Shown here: one piece after another, positions 50,262-60,961 of the stretch
Layout of the letters: each line of letters begins with the position of its first letter
How positions within the stretch are numbered: the stretch's first letter is position 1
NCBI GenBank assembly: GCA_041946805.1
Contig: JBHGBC010000023.1
Location: 1-64,000 of the forward strand
DNA from: a bacterium
GTDB taxonomy: Bacteria > Hinthialibacterota > Hinthialibacteria > Hinthialibacterales > Hinthialibacteraceae
DNA length: 64,000 bases
Reading direction: 5' to 3'
Made by a program: the position numbers and the translations under genes
Notes under the pieces: model-generated
Databases searched by the model: none
Told to the model about the DNA's origin: nothing
Seen by the model: the letters and a program-made list of their open reading frames with translations, nothing else

Positions 50262-51677
50262 ATGATTCTAATCTCCAATTCGCTTCCCCGTTTGTCCGTC
50301 ATCGGCCTGGGCAAACTCGGTTCGCCCATGGCCGCCTGTTTCGCCTCGCATGGATTCCAGGTCGCCGGCGCGGACATCGATCCGTCCAAGGTCGACGCGA
50401 TCAACCAGGGCCGGGCGCCCGTCTGCGAGACGGATTTGCAGCGCTATCTCGATCGGTCCCGGGGGCGGATCACCGCCACCTGCGACACGGCCGAGGCGGT
50501 GGACTGGTCCGATGTGTCGTTCCTGATCGTCCCCACGCCCAGCGATCCCGAAGGCGGATTTTCGCTTCGTTCGGCGCTGCCCGCGTGCGAATCGGTGGGC
50601 TTGGCCCTGCGCCGCAAAACAGGCTTTCACGTGCTGGTAATGACCAGCACGGTCATGCCCGGCTCGACGGATGGACCCATCCGCGCCACCCTGGAAGAGG
50701 TCAGCGGGAAGGTCTGCGGCCGGGATTTCGGACTTTGCTACAGCCCGGAATTCATTGCCCTGGGCAGCGTGATCCACAATTTCCTCAATCCCGACATGAT
50801 CCTGATCGGCGAATCGGATACCCGGTCCGGCGATATTCTCGAAGCCATCTACCGCCGCACTTGCGACAACCAGCCCCATTTCGCCCGCATGAGCTGCGTC
50901 AACGCGGAATTGACCAAACTGGCGGTCAACACCTTCATCACCACCAAGATCACCTTCGCCAATCTGATCGCGCGCCTGTGCGAAAAACTGCCGGGCGGAA
51001 ACGTGGATGCAGTCACCGCCGCCCTGGGCGCGGACAGCCGCATCGGAGCGAAATACCTGAAAGGCGCCACCGGCTACGGCGGGCCCTGCTTTCCCCGCGA
51101 CAACCGCGCGCTGGCATTCCTGGCCCGGCAGGCGGGGACCCGCGCGCTGATCGCCGAAGCAACCGACCGGATGAACCAGGAAGAGATCCACCGCTTGACC
51201 GCGCTGGTTAAAAGCCACGTCCCGCGGGGGGGAACCATCGGCATCCTGGGGCTTTCCTACAAGCCGGACACCGACGTGGTGGAAGAATCTCAAGGCTTGT
51301 TCCTGGCCCATAACCTATCGTGGGCCGGCTATCCGGTGGTGGCCTACGATCCCCTGGCCATGGAGAATGCCGCGCGCGTCCTCAGCCATTGGCCCCGCCC
51401 CTTGGAATCGGCCTCCATCCGGTTCGCCGCTTCGATGCAGGAATGCGTGGCGGCGGCGGCCCTCGTGGTGATCGCCACTCCTTGGAAGATGTTCCACAAC
51501 CTGCAACCCGGCGATTTCGCCCGCGGCTCCGGACCCGGGAAGGTGGTGATCGACTGTTGGCGCATGTTAGATTCCGTTTCCATCGCGCGGGTGGCCGAAT
51601 ATCACGCGTTGGGCCTCGGGCCCTCCCCCATCCCGTCAATCCAGGCGATGCAGCCTGAACAGGAGAGAGTCTCATGA
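50262..51677 (+). CDS. UDP-glucose/GDP-mannose dehydrogenase family protein
   Basis: IGLGKLG, VPTP, SPEF, KLAVN, GYGGPCFPRD, GLSYKPDT; GGAGG RBS. Confidence 0.92.
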   Translation: MILISNSLPRLSVIGLGKLGSPMAACFASHGFQVAGADIDPSKVDAINQGRAPVCETDLQRYLDRSRGRITATCDTAEAVDWSDVSFLIVPTPSDPEGGFSLRSALPACESVGLALRRKTGFHVLVMTSTVMPGSTDGPIRATLEEVSGKVCGRDFGLCYSPEFIALGSVIHNFLNPDMILIGESDTRSGDILEAIYRRTCDNQPHFARMSCVNAELTKLAVNTFITTKITFANLIARLCEKLPGGNVDAVTAALGADSRIGAKYLKGATGYGGPCFPRDNRALAFLARQAGTRALIAEATDRMNQEEIHRLTALVKSHVPRGGTIGILGLSYKPDTDVVEESQGLFLAHNLSWAGYPVVAYDPLAMENAARVLSHWPRPLESASIRFAASMQECVAAAALVVIATPWKMFHNLQPGDFARGSGPGKVVIDCWRMLDSVSIARVAEYHALGLGPSPIPSIQAMQPEQERVS

Positions 51678-52723
51678 ACGCTTCCTACTGGCAGGATCAT
51701 CCTTGTCTGGTCACCGGCGGAGCCTCGTTTATCGGCTCGCACGTGGTCGAAGCCCTGTTGGCCCGCGGCGCCCGGGTGCGCGTGGTTGATGACCTGAGCA
51801 GCGGTGTGCTGGCCAACATCCAGAAATACATCCAGCAGGGCATGGTGGAGTTCATCCAGGACGACCTGCGCCGCCCGGGCGCGGCGCACCTGGCCGCGGA
51901 AGGCATGCGCACCGTCTTCCATCTGGCGGCCGATCACGGCGGGCGCGGCTATGTCGATCTTCACCAGGCCGCCTGCGCCAGCAACCTCGCCCTGGACGGC
52001 ATGTTGTTCCTGGCCTGCCGGGACGTGGGGGTGGAGAAAATCGTCTATGCCTCCTCCGGCTGCGTCTATCCCAACTTCCGGCAGACCGATCCCCAGGAAA
52101 TCCTGTACCTGACCGAAGAGATGGCCGGCCCGCCCTACGACGCCGACAATATGTACGGCTGGGCCAAGCTGATGGCCGAGATGACCCTGCAAGCCTACTG
52201 CCGCGATTGGGGCATGAAGGCGGTCTCGTGCCGGTATTTCACCGTCTACGGCGAACGCGGCAAGGAAGATCACGCCGTCATGGCCATGATCGCCCGCGCC
52301 CTGATCCGGCAGAATCCCTTCACCGTCTGGGGCAACGGCGAACAAATCCGCAACTGGACCTATGTCGGGGACATCGTGGAGGGCACCCTCCTGGCCGCCG
52401 AGAAGATCGAGGACGGCACGGCCATTAACCTGGGGACCATGGAACGCACGCGCGTCATCGACGCCGTCCACGAAGTCATGCGCTACACGGGACGCCCCGC
52501 CCCCATCGAATTGCACCCCGAAATGCCCACCGGCCCCATGAACCGCGTGGCGGACAACACCCTCGCCCGCCGGCTGTTGGGCTGGGAACCCCGCGTGAAC
52601 TTCATCGACGGCCTGCGCCGCACCATCGACTGGTACTTCGGTGTCAAGGATCCCTTCGAAGTCCAGATGATCCTGGAAGGCGGCGGCCTGACCGAACGGA
52701 AAGTGGAAAACGTGGAAGTTTGA
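51674..52723 (+). CDS. NAD-dependent nucleotide-sugar epimerase/dehydratase
   Basis: VTGGASFIG, YASS, YGWAK (YxxxK), VWGNGEQIR. Confidence 0.92.
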   Translation: MNASYWQDHPCLVTGGASFIGSHVVEALLARGARVRVVDDLSSGVLANIQKYIQQGMVEFIQDDLRRPGAAHLAAEGMRTVFHLAADHGGRGYVDLHQAACASNLALDGMLFLACRDVGVEKIVYASSGCVYPNFRQTDPQEILYLTEEMAGPPYDADNMYGWAKLMAEMTLQAYCRDWGMKAVSCRYFTVYGERGKEDHAVMAMIARALIRQNPFTVWGNGEQIRNWTYVGDIVEGTLLAAEKIEDGTAINLGTMERTRVIDAVHEVMRYTGRPAPIELHPEMPTGPMNRVADNTLARRLLGWEPRVNFIDGLRRTIDWYFGVKDPFEVQMILEGGGLTERKVENVEV

Positions 52724-53084
52724 AGACAAACCGGCCCCGGTGGTTCCCCCCTTTGATTTCTTCCTGCGCGCAACTTCTTTCAAGGATGAAATCAGGCAGG
52801 GTGGGTTGAACATCGCGAAAACCACCCTCACGATGGAATTCATCTTCCCACCCCGCCACCTCCCGGCGGCGAATTCCATCCCCCGCGCTAAAAGGATCAG
52901 GATGAGGGAAAGCCTTGATATGCCTTGCTTCGGCGTCCCTCGCTCATACTCGCTTCATACATAATCCAGTGATACACGATCTTTTCACAATATGCCAGCG
53001 AAGGTAAAATGATGTGGATGGTGGCTGTCATGCCCCTACCATGTAAGGGCCGAATCGCTACAATTCGACTGGATCGACCAATGG

Positions 53085-53173
53085 GGAGAGGTGTCCGAGT
53101 TGGCCGAAGGAGCACGACTGGAAATCGTGTAAGCCTTAAAAGGGCTTCGTGGGTTCGAATCCCACCCTCTCCG
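53085..53173 (+). tRNA. tRNA-Ser (GGA)
   Basis: Acceptor stem GGAGAGG/CCTCTCC; anticodon arm CACGA-CTGGAAA-TCGTG; long variable arm; GTTCGAATCC; CCA not encoded. Confidence 0.95.
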
Positions 53174-53233
53174 TGAATCCCCTTCCCCGGGAACCTTTCA
53201 ATTCATTTCCCTTAAAGCCTATCCCTGGATTGT

Positions 53234-56200
53234 TCAATTCCGGGCGGCGCTTTCGCTGAGGGCGGGAGTTTCGGCCGGGTCCGAATCCATGAGGATGATG
53301 CTGAAAGTGGAGCCTTTCCCTTCCACACTGGTAACGCCCAGGTGATACCCTAGCAGTTTGCACATCGACCGGCAGATGGCCAGGCCCAGGCCCGTGCCCC
53401 CGAACTTGCGCGCGGTGCTGTAATCCGCCTGTTGAAAGGCTTCGAAAATGATCTCCAACCGGTCCTGGGGGATGCCGATGCCCGTGTCGCTCACCTCGAT
53501 CCGGCAGACCAGGGGAGTGCCGTCGGCCGGCCGGACCCGCACTTTCACCCACCCTTCGGCGGTGAATTTCACCGCGTTGCCGATCAGGTTGATCAAGATC
53601 TGTTTCAGTTTGCTGGCGTCGGTCCGGAGGGGCAGGAGCGGCCCGGGGATTTCCGCCAGCAACTGCACCGGCTTGTCGCGCACCTGGCTTTCGAACTGCG
53701 CGAGAACATCCTGGACCAGGTCGGGCAGATGGATCGTCTGCAGATCCAGCTGCATCTTGCCCGCTTCCACCTTGGACAAATCGAGAATGTCATTGATCAG
53801 ATTGAGCAGATGCGTCCCGTTGGTGCATATCCGGTCCAGGTAGAGCAAGTCCTGGTCTTGCAGCCGGTTGTGTTTGTTCTTCTTGAGGATGTTGGCGAAA
53901 CCGATGACCGAGTTCAGCGGCGTGCGCAGTTCGTGGCTCATGTTGGCCAGGAAACGGCTCTTGGCGTTATTGGCCTCTTCGGCGCGGTCCTTGGCGGCCT
54001 TCAGTTCCACTTCCGCCCGCTTGTACTCGGTCATGTCCCGGAAGATGCTGCGGGTGGCCACCGGGCGGTGATTTTCCATCCGGCAGTTGACATTGCCTTG
54101 CACGATGATCCGCCGCCCGTCCTTGGAGACGAACACCGCCTCCAGGTTGTTCACCGATTCACCCTGAAATACCCGCTGGAAGAGCTTCAGGCACGTCTCC
54201 TGGCTGGAGGGATGGAGGATATCGGGGAGCGTTAACCGGGCCACTTCGGCGTCGTTGTATCCCAGCGTCTCTTTCCAGGCGCGGTTGACATAGAGGAACT
54301 TGCCATCGGGGCTCACGCTCTGAATGAGGTCGTTGGCATTGTCCAGAAAATCCTGCAGCCGTTCCTCGCTCTCCCGCAGGGCCCTTTCCGCGCGTTTGCG
54401 GTCCGTGATGTCGGTCGCGACATACAGATAACCAAACAATTGGCCATCCTGCGACACCATGCCCGTCACGGCGGTGAAGACGTTGATCACCGATCCGTCC
54501 TTCTTGATGTACGTCCACTCGCGCTCCTCGAAACTGCCCCGGCGCGCCTGTTCATAGACCGACACGAATCCTTCCACCCGCGTGTTCAGCCGCCGGGACA
54601 ATTCCCGCGCGTGCTCCTCCACCTCCGTGGGAAGGTGAAAGAGCATGGGCCGGTAGACGCCCACCACGTCCCCGGCCTTGTACCCCAGCATGTTTTCCGC
54701 CCCGCTGTTGAAGACGGTGATGATCCCGTCCGTGTTGGTCACAATGATCGCCACCTGGGTGGCCGCGTCGAGGATGGACTGCAACTTGGCGTTGGTGAGG
54801 GCCAGCGCTTCCTCGGCCAGCTTCCGGTTGGTGATGTCCTCGATGTTGCACAGCAGGTATTCGGGCCGGTTGTCGGGCCGCCGCACACAGCGCAGGGAGA
54901 TGGAAGCGTAGATGATATCGCCGTTCTTATGGATAAACCGCTGATCCATGGAATAGCCTTCGATCTCCCCCCGGATGATGCGTTCGTATTGCTCCGCGTT
55001 CTCGGCCAGGTCGTCCGGATGGAACAAATCCGTCCAGACCATCTGGCGCAGTTCCGCCTCCGTGTAGCCGAAAATCTCCTGCAGCCGGTCGTTGATCTCC
55101 ACAAACTGTTTCTCAAGCGAAATGATGGCGTTGCCGATCAACGACAGGTTGAAATACAACCGGAGGCGTTCTTCGCTGCGGCGCAGGCTCTCTTCCGCCC
55201 GCTTGCGTTCCGTGATCATCTCCACGAACATCAGCGTCCCGCCGATCCGGCCGTCGGATTCGTACCAGGGATGCGCTTCCCACCGCATCCAGTCGAGCGA
55301 TCCGTCCTCGCGGAACAGGGGTTCATCCTCGCCGCGTTCGATATACCCCAACAGGCAGCGGGCATGGTCTTTCTCCCATTGCGGGGGCAGGTTGGGAATG
55401 ACCTCCCGGTTCACCAGGCCGGTCAAATCCCGGTCTTCCAGATGGAAATCGCTGAGCCAGCGTTTGCTGTAAAGCAGATACCGCATCTCCCGGTCGAACA
55501 TCACGATCGGGGCGGGGGCGTTTTGCACGAATTGACGGAGCAGGTTGTCGGTCTGACGGCGCCCGGCGATCTGCTTCTCCAATTCCTGCTGGGTTTTCTC
55601 CATTTCCCGCGTGCGGCGGCTCAGGTACAGTTGCGCCTTTTCGAGTTGCTTGAGGGTGATGATCGTGCGCCGGTGGGTCCGGATTTGCATGGTGTGGACC
55701 AGATAGGCCAGCACACTGCATTCGGCCAGCATCACCCCGTAGTGGTCCCATCCGGCTGGATTGGCGGCTGTCCCGGCCACCATCAACCAGCCTAGGAACG
55801 AGACCAGCACCACCACGGTCAGCCAGCGCGTGGAGAGAAAGAAAAAACCCGACCCGGCGATCAGCACGGCCAGGTTGGTCGATTGGATGGGTTCCTGCGT
55901 GAGATACAAGTGCAGGGTGGAATTTAACCAGACCAGGCCCGCGATGCCGGCGCACAAGGGATGCGACCAGCGCGCGCGGATTCGCCGCCTTCCCAGCCGC
56001 CGGTACATCAGCAGCAGGACCACCGCCGTCCCCAGGGCCAAGGCGGTCATGCGGTATCTCATGAAACCGGGAAGCATGTTAAAATGCAGGACCGCCACCA
56101 GGGAATAAAAAATACACAATCCCAGGCAAATGGGTGGCAGATAGTCATACAAAACCCCATCCAACCATTCGCGCAATTCGCGGGGGGGCACCTTTTCCGC

Positions 56201-56260
56201 CATGAAGGGTGAAGCTGTCGTCTCCGGACTTGGATTTTTGGGTTCTGGATTTACCATCAT
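53234..56260 (-). CDS. Membrane-bound multi-PAS sensor histidine kinase
   Basis: N-terminal TM helices, four PAS/PAC repeats, MSHELRTPL, NAVKFT, DTGIG, GGTGLGL; start uncertain (56203-56272). Confidence 0.93.
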   Translation of the reverse strand: MMVNPEPKNPSPETTASPFMAEKVPPRELREWLDGVLYDYLPPICLGLCIFYSLVAVLHFNMLPGFMRYRMTALALGTAVVLLLMYRRLGRRRIRARWSHPLCAGIAGLVWLNSTLHLYLTQEPIQSTNLAVLIAGSGFFFLSTRWLTVVVLVSFLGWLMVAGTAANPAGWDHYGVMLAECSVLAYLVHTMQIRTHRRTIITLKQLEKAQLYLSRRTREMEKTQQELEKQIAGRRQTDNLLRQFVQNAPAPIVMFDREMRYLLYSKRWLSDFHLEDRDLTGLVNREVIPNLPPQWEKDHARCLLGYIERGEDEPLFREDGSLDWMRWEAHPWYESDGRIGGTLMFVEMITERKRAEESLRRSEERLRLYFNLSLIGNAIISLEKQFVEINDRLQEIFGYTEAELRQMVWTDLFHPDDLAENAEQYERIIRGEIEGYSMDQRFIHKNGDIIYASISLRCVRRPDNRPEYLLCNIEDITNRKLAEEALALTNAKLQSILDAATQVAIIVTNTDGIITVFNSGAENMLGYKAGDVVGVYRPMLFHLPTEVEEHARELSRRLNTRVEGFVSVYEQARRGSFEEREWTYIKKDGSVINVFTAVTGMVSQDGQLFGYLYVATDITDRKRAERALRESEERLQDFLDNANDLIQSVSPDGKFLYVNRAWKETLGYNDAEVARLTLPDILHPSSQETCLKLFQRVFQGESVNNLEAVFVSKDGRRIIVQGNVNCRMENHRPVATRSIFRDMTEYKRAEVELKAAKDRAEEANNAKSRFLANMSHELRTPLNSVIGFANILKKNKHNRLQDQDLLYLDRICTNGTHLLNLINDILDLSKVEAGKMQLDLQTIHLPDLVQDVLAQFESQVRDKPVQLLAEIPGPLLPLRTDASKLKQILINLIGNAVKFTAEGWVKVRVRPADGTPLVCRIEVSDTGIGIPQDRLEIIFEAFQQADYSTARKFGGTGLGLAICRSMCKLLGYHLGVTSVEGKGSTFSIILMDSDPAETPALSESAARN

Positions 56261-56470
56261 CGGCTTAGGCAACCATGCGGAACTCTCCCGGCTTTTTCAT
56301 CCCCCTGCCTTCCGCCAGACTGATATCCTTTCAGAAATCGTTCAACTATTTCCTTCACCTTGGGGAGAGGGTGAAAAAAAGGGAGAGTCCCTCCATTAAC
56401 CAGGGGGCCGGACAGCTTCAATTCCTGGCCTGCCAGGTCCTGGCCTGCCAGGCAGAAATGGGAAACGCTC

Positions 56471-56842
56471 CTAACCGGTATGCCGCAATCCTCTTTCGAT
56501 CACCTCCAACAGAATCCGTTCGTCCAGGATGGGCTTAGTGACATAGTCATCGAACCCGGCGCTCAGGTATTTCTCCCGGTCTCCCGTCATGGCGTGGGCG
56601 GTCAACGCCACCACCGGCAGAAGCTTCAAGCGGTCATTGTCCCGGATATGGAGCAGCACTTCCGCGCCGTCCATGCCGGGCAACGAGATGTCGAGCAGGA
56701 CCAGATCGGGCCGGTCTTTCTCCAGTCCCTCCAGCGCCTCCTGGCCGGTTTCGTATTCGATCACTTCATACTGGTCCTCCAGGATGGCCTGGACCAGCAG
56801 ACGATTGTCCGGATTGTCTTCCACAACCGCGATTTTTTTCAT
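56471..56842 (-). CDS. Single-domain response regulator (DivK/CheY-like)
   Basis: VVEDN, LLDISLPGMDG, ALTAHA, TKP. Confidence 0.92.
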   Translation of the reverse strand: MKKIAVVEDNPDNRLLVQAILEDQYEVIEYETGQEALEGLEKDRPDLVLLDISLPGMDGAEVLLHIRDNDRLKLLPVVALTAHAMTGDREKYLSAGFDDYVTKPILDERILLEVIERGLRHTG

Positions 56843-57198
56843 GAGATCAATCGTGCCCGCTCCTGCCGCAATTGGTCTTGAATCCGGTTTAATCCTTCTT
56901 CGAGTTGTTGTAAAAGATCCGGGATGGATCCGCTCTGGCCCGCCATGGCCAATTGTTCGATCTGACCCGCCAGCTCGAACACCCGTTGTGCCCCGAAATT
57001 CCCCGCGCTGGAACGCATCGAATGAACGGCCCTCTGCACTCCGGCCCAATCGCCTTGTTTCTCGTGGGCCCGCGCTTCCGCCAACCGTTGGCCGCCGGAT
57101 TCCAAAAACAGATCGATCATCTTAACGGTAAACGCGGCGCCCCCGATTTCCGTCAAATGCTCCAAGGCCTTGGGATCGATACCGCCGGATTCGGCCAT
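56839..57198 (-). CDS. Hpt phosphotransfer protein
   Basis: VHSMRSSAGNFGA; ATGA overlap with the receiver gene. Confidence 0.88.
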   Translation of the reverse strand: MAESGGIDPKALEHLTEIGGAAFTVKMIDLFLESGGQRLAEARAHEKQGDWAGVQRAVHSMRSSAGNFGAQRVFELAGQIEQLAMAGQSGSIPDLLQQLEEGLNRIQDQLRQERARLIS

Positions 57199-57460
57199 GG
57201 CCGTTGCCTTCCATTTTGCAATATTAAAATATAGGTTTCTAACCGCTTCCCTGAACGCGGCCCTTCCCCTGCTTTTATCGGCAACCCGCTGGTATTCCTG
57301 AAATTATCAGGCCGGGAAAGAGCCGCGGGAACCGGTAGAAAATCATTTGAAGCGGAATCCATTCCAATCCGGTTTCATCCCGCTACAATTAGAGAATCGC
57401 GCCCAGACCGGTCCAGTTCCGGGAGAATTCCAGAGGAAAACACAACCTTTGAAATCCGCT

Positions 57461-58831
57461 ATGAAGTATCATATTCAAACCTTCGGCTGCCAGATGAACG
57501 TGTACGACACCAAGTCCATGATGGGACTGCTCAACGGCGCCGGTCATGAGTTCACCGAAAATCTGGAAGAAGCCGAGATGATCCTGCTCAACACGTGCTC
57601 CATCCGCGAGGGGGCGGAACAGCGGGTGCGGGGCCGCATCGGCCAGTTGAAGCGTTACAAGGACCAGGGCCGGCTGCGGTTTCTAGGCGTGTGCGGATGC
57701 ATGGGGCAAAAGGAAGGCTCGCTGCTGACCGACGCGGTTCCCTACCTCGACCTGGTGATGGGGCCGGGAGCGATCGGCTCCATCACCCGCCTGGTGGACG
57801 AACTGGAACGGGGCCATCGTCCGCTCGTGGATATCAACGGCATCGAGGATGAGTACGACCAGCCGTTCCCCGCCGCCGAGGAAGCGGTCGCTTACCCCCG
57901 GTTCGTCTCCGTCATGAAGGGCTGCAACAAAAAATGCGCCTTCTGTGTGGTGCCGTCCACCCGGGGTCCGGAACGGTCCCGCGATCCGCGCATCATCCTT
58001 CAGGAAGTGGAAACCCTGGCCTGCAAGGGCTACCGGGAGATCACCCTCATCGGCCAGACCATCAACTCCTACCGGTTTGCCGGAATCCGGTTTCCCCAAT
58101 TGCTGGCCATGGTGAACCAGGTTCCCGGATTGGACCGCCTGCGGTTCACCACTTCGTATCCCAGCACTTCGATCCGCGGCTTGTTCGAGGCCATGGCGTC
58201 CCTGGACAAGGTCTGTGAGCAGTTGCATCTGCCAGTGCAGTCCGGATCCAACCGGATTCTCAAGGCGATGCGCCGCACGTACACACGGGAGGAGTATCTC
58301 AGCCAGGTGCGGTATTTCCGGTCGCTGTACCAGGGCCGGGCCCTGCAGCCGGGTATCACCACCGACATCATTGTCGGCTTCCCGGGCGAAACCGAGGATG
58401 ATTTTCAACAGACCTTGGATCTGGTCCGAGAGGCGCGGTTCGACGCCGCCTTCATGTTCAAATATTCGCCCCGCCCCGGCACGGCGGCGGCGGTCATGGA
58501 AAACCCGGTGGACGATTACATCAAGGCCCGGCGGCTCGACACGCTGCTGCGGTTGCAGCATGACATCGCGCGCGAGCAGAACCAAAATCTGGTCGGCTCG
58601 ACCGTCGAAGTCATGATCGAACAATCGGCTCCATCCTCCATCGGAAAGATGGAATACGAAGGCCGGATGCGCACCGGCCGCATCGTGAAACTTTCCGGTC
58701 CTTCCGGCGCGTACCAGCCGGGAGACCTGGTCGGGGTTACCCTCACCGGATGTACTTCGTACACATTATTCGGACAACCCGTATTGTCCGCGGAATTCAG
58801 GCAAGGCGGTTGGAAATCCCATGTGGCGTAA
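57461..58831 (+). CDS. miaB: tRNA methylthiotransferase MiaB
   Basis: TFGCQMN, NTCSIRE, GCNKKCAFC, HLPVQSGS, DIIVGFPGET, YSPRPGT, TRAM domain. Confidence 0.95.
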   Translation: MKYHIQTFGCQMNVYDTKSMMGLLNGAGHEFTENLEEAEMILLNTCSIREGAEQRVRGRIGQLKRYKDQGRLRFLGVCGCMGQKEGSLLTDAVPYLDLVMGPGAIGSITRLVDELERGHRPLVDINGIEDEYDQPFPAAEEAVAYPRFVSVMKGCNKKCAFCVVPSTRGPERSRDPRIILQEVETLACKGYREITLIGQTINSYRFAGIRFPQLLAMVNQVPGLDRLRFTTSYPSTSIRGLFEAMASLDKVCEQLHLPVQSGSNRILKAMRRTYTREEYLSQVRYFRSLYQGRALQPGITTDIIVGFPGETEDDFQQTLDLVREARFDAAFMFKYSPRPGTAAAVMENPVDDYIKARRLDTLLRLQHDIAREQNQNLVGSTVEVMIEQSAPSSIGKMEYEGRMRTGRIVKLSGPSGAYQPGDLVGVTLTGCTSYTLFGQPVLSAEFRQGGWKSHVA

Positions 58832-59675
58832 AAGGTTGTTCCAGTTATCCATCGTTCTCATGACGCTGGTCTGGTTTCCGGGCGGGGGAATGGAACCATT
58901 CGGCCGGACGGCGTTCGCGCAGATTCCGCGACCCGCGTCCCAGACCTTCGACTCCGCCACGGAAAATTCGCTGAAGGAACTGCGGCGGCTGGTGTCGTCA
59001 GGCAACCGGGAGGCCGTCCGGAAAAAATTGGACCAAATCATCCAAGGTTCGGGCTACATCGCTCCCCTGGCGCCGGTTTATTATCAAATGGCCCAGAACG
59101 AAACGAACGCCGCCGGCCTGGTGGATCTGTATATCACCCTCATCGACAAGTGGACCACGTCCGCCTGGGCGCAGAAGGCGGTCATCGAGCTGGCGCCTTT
59201 GATCCTGATGAGCCGCGGCAGTTTGGGAACCGCCGTGGAATCCCTGATTTGGAAACGTGAGGCGGTTTTACTGACGCCCGCCAAGGACGCGGCGGAAGTG
59301 GGGGAAGATCCGCAAATTCTATGCGCGGATGTTTTTCTGAATCTGCTGCAACTGGCCCATTACCGGAACGATATCCTCCGGGTCCAGTCCCTGGCCCAAA
59401 AAGTGCCGGAGAAAGCCAAGAGCGCCCAGGATCAGATCGATCTCGCACTGGCTTACGCGGCTCTCCGTTCGGAAAACAAGCCCCAGGCGCAACAGGCCTT
59501 GCAAAACTGGATCAATCAATATCCCGGATCCAAGTTCCTGCCCCTGGCTTACTACGCCCTTTTTCTGGCGGCGGACAACACGCCGCGGATGGAATCCGCC
59601 CTCCAAACGTTGGTGAAGACCTATCCCGATAACCTGGTTACGTTTTTGTTGCGCGAAGCCCTGGGGCAGCAGTAA
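58821..59675 (+). CDS. Exported helical (TPR-like) hypothetical protein
   Basis: Signal-like N-terminus; helical repeats ending QYPGS/TYPD; overlaps the miaB end. Confidence 0.65.
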   Translation: MWRKRLFQLSIVLMTLVWFPGGGMEPFGRTAFAQIPRPASQTFDSATENSLKELRRLVSSGNREAVRKKLDQIIQGSGYIAPLAPVYYQMAQNETNAAGLVDLYITLIDKWTTSAWAQKAVIELAPLILMSRGSLGTAVESLIWKREAVLLTPAKDAAEVGEDPQILCADVFLNLLQLAHYRNDILRVQSLAQKVPEKAKSAQDQIDLALAYAALRSENKPQAQQALQNWINQYPGSKFLPLAYYALFLAADNTPRMESALQTLVKTYPDNLVTFLLREALGQQ

Positions 59676-59893
59676 TCCTTGGACTTCATTTGGTATATTT
59701 CATTCAATACTCCGGATTAGTTTGTTTATATACCATTCAGCATATATACAAATTGTGCAATCCATCCCCACCTATCCGCGATAATCACTTCAAATTAATC
59801 AACTTAGCGTATCTAACCGATTCGACCACCCTTCCTTGACAACCCCCAATCCTATCTATTTTAATATCCATATAATCTCATTACAAAAGGAGA

Positions 59894-60961
59894 ATGATCA
59901 TGATATGGGAAGCCCGCAACCGCAAAGGCAGGAGAAGGTCCCGGATCAGCATTCTAAAGGACTTGGCGGTAATCGGCTTACTGGTCTGGGTTGCGTGTCC
60001 TTTCGCCATGCCGGATACGGTCAAAACCCTGGATGGCAGCGTCCTGAAGGGAACCGTGACCAGCCTGGTGGACGGCAAGTTGGTCCTCAAGACGGATTTC
60101 GCGGGGGACATTATCATTCCGCTCGAAAAGGTAGCCACGCTGGAAACCACCGAGGTCATGCCGATCCATTTGAACGACGGCAGCGTGATTACGGGCACCC
60201 TCCAGCCCTCCCCTCCCGAAAAGATGGAAGTCATCCGCGCGGAAGATCAGACCCGGATGTCCGTGGTTCCCGCGCAGATCACCGCCATCAATCCGCCCCC
60301 GCCTCCCCCGGTCGTGTGGCATGGCTCCCTGGTGGGCGACCTGACCATCACCGACGGCAACAGCCAGACCAAGGGCATCGGGATCGCGGGGGACATGTCG
60401 CGCCGGACCGCGGATGACCGGATCACGCTCAAAGGCGGGTATTTCTACACCGAGGATAAAGGCGTGGGGACACGGGACGATCAGTTCCTAGCCGGAAAAT
60501 ACGACTACTTTTTCAATGAAAAACTTTTCGGGTATTTGAACACCCGGTTGGACCGCGACGCCATCAAGGACCTGGAACTCAGGTCCACGGGAGGCGCGGG
60601 GCTGGGGTATCAATTCTTGGAAACCGACATATTCGATCTGTTTGGTGAAGCCGGTATTTCGTACGTCAACGAGAATTTCACGAATTCCCCCGATCAGGCC
60701 TACGCCGCCGGCCGGGCCGCCCTGGGTTTCGGCTGGTGGATCGTGAAGGATATTGTCCGGTTCGAGGAAAACGCGGAAATCCTGGTCAGCGTGGAAGACG
60801 CCAACGACTGGCTGGGAATCTCCGACACCGGCTTGATCTGGAAATGGACGGACCATTGGTCCTCGCGGGCGGGCGTCCGGTTTGAATACGACAACACGCC
60901 GGCCATCGGGCGGGAACGGGCGGACACCAAGTATCTGCTGGGTATCGGGTACACGTTCTGA
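59894..60961 (+). CDS. DUF481-family outer-membrane beta-barrel protein
   Basis: GNS, GAGLGYQF, alternating beta strands, C-terminal GIGYTF beta signal. Confidence 0.8.
   Translation: MIMIWEARNRKGRRRSRISILKDLAVIGLLVWVACPFAMPDTVKTLDGSVLKGTVTSLVDGKLVLKTDFAGDIIIPLEKVATLETTEVMPIHLNDGSVITGTLQPSPPEKMEVIRAEDQTRMSVVPAQITAINPPPPPPVVWHGSLVGDLTITDGNSQTKGIGIAGDMSRRTADDRITLKGGYFYTEDKGVGTRDDQFLAGKYDYFFNEKLFGYLNTRLDRDAIKDLELRSTGGAGLGYQFLETDIFDLFGEAGISYVNENFTNSPDQAYAAGRAALGFGWWIVKDIVRFEENAEILVSVEDANDWLGISDTGLIWKWTDHWSSRAGVRFEYDNTPAIGRERADTKYLLGIGYTF

Noticed and set aside
43263..53173. Glycan cluster as an island integrated at tRNA-Ser
   Set aside because: There is no integrase or duplicated tRNA end, the cluster lies 5' of the tRNA, and it carries the host REPs.
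56423..56451. Tandem CCTGGCCTGCCAGG duplication
   Set aside because: Two short copies only; no function can be supported.
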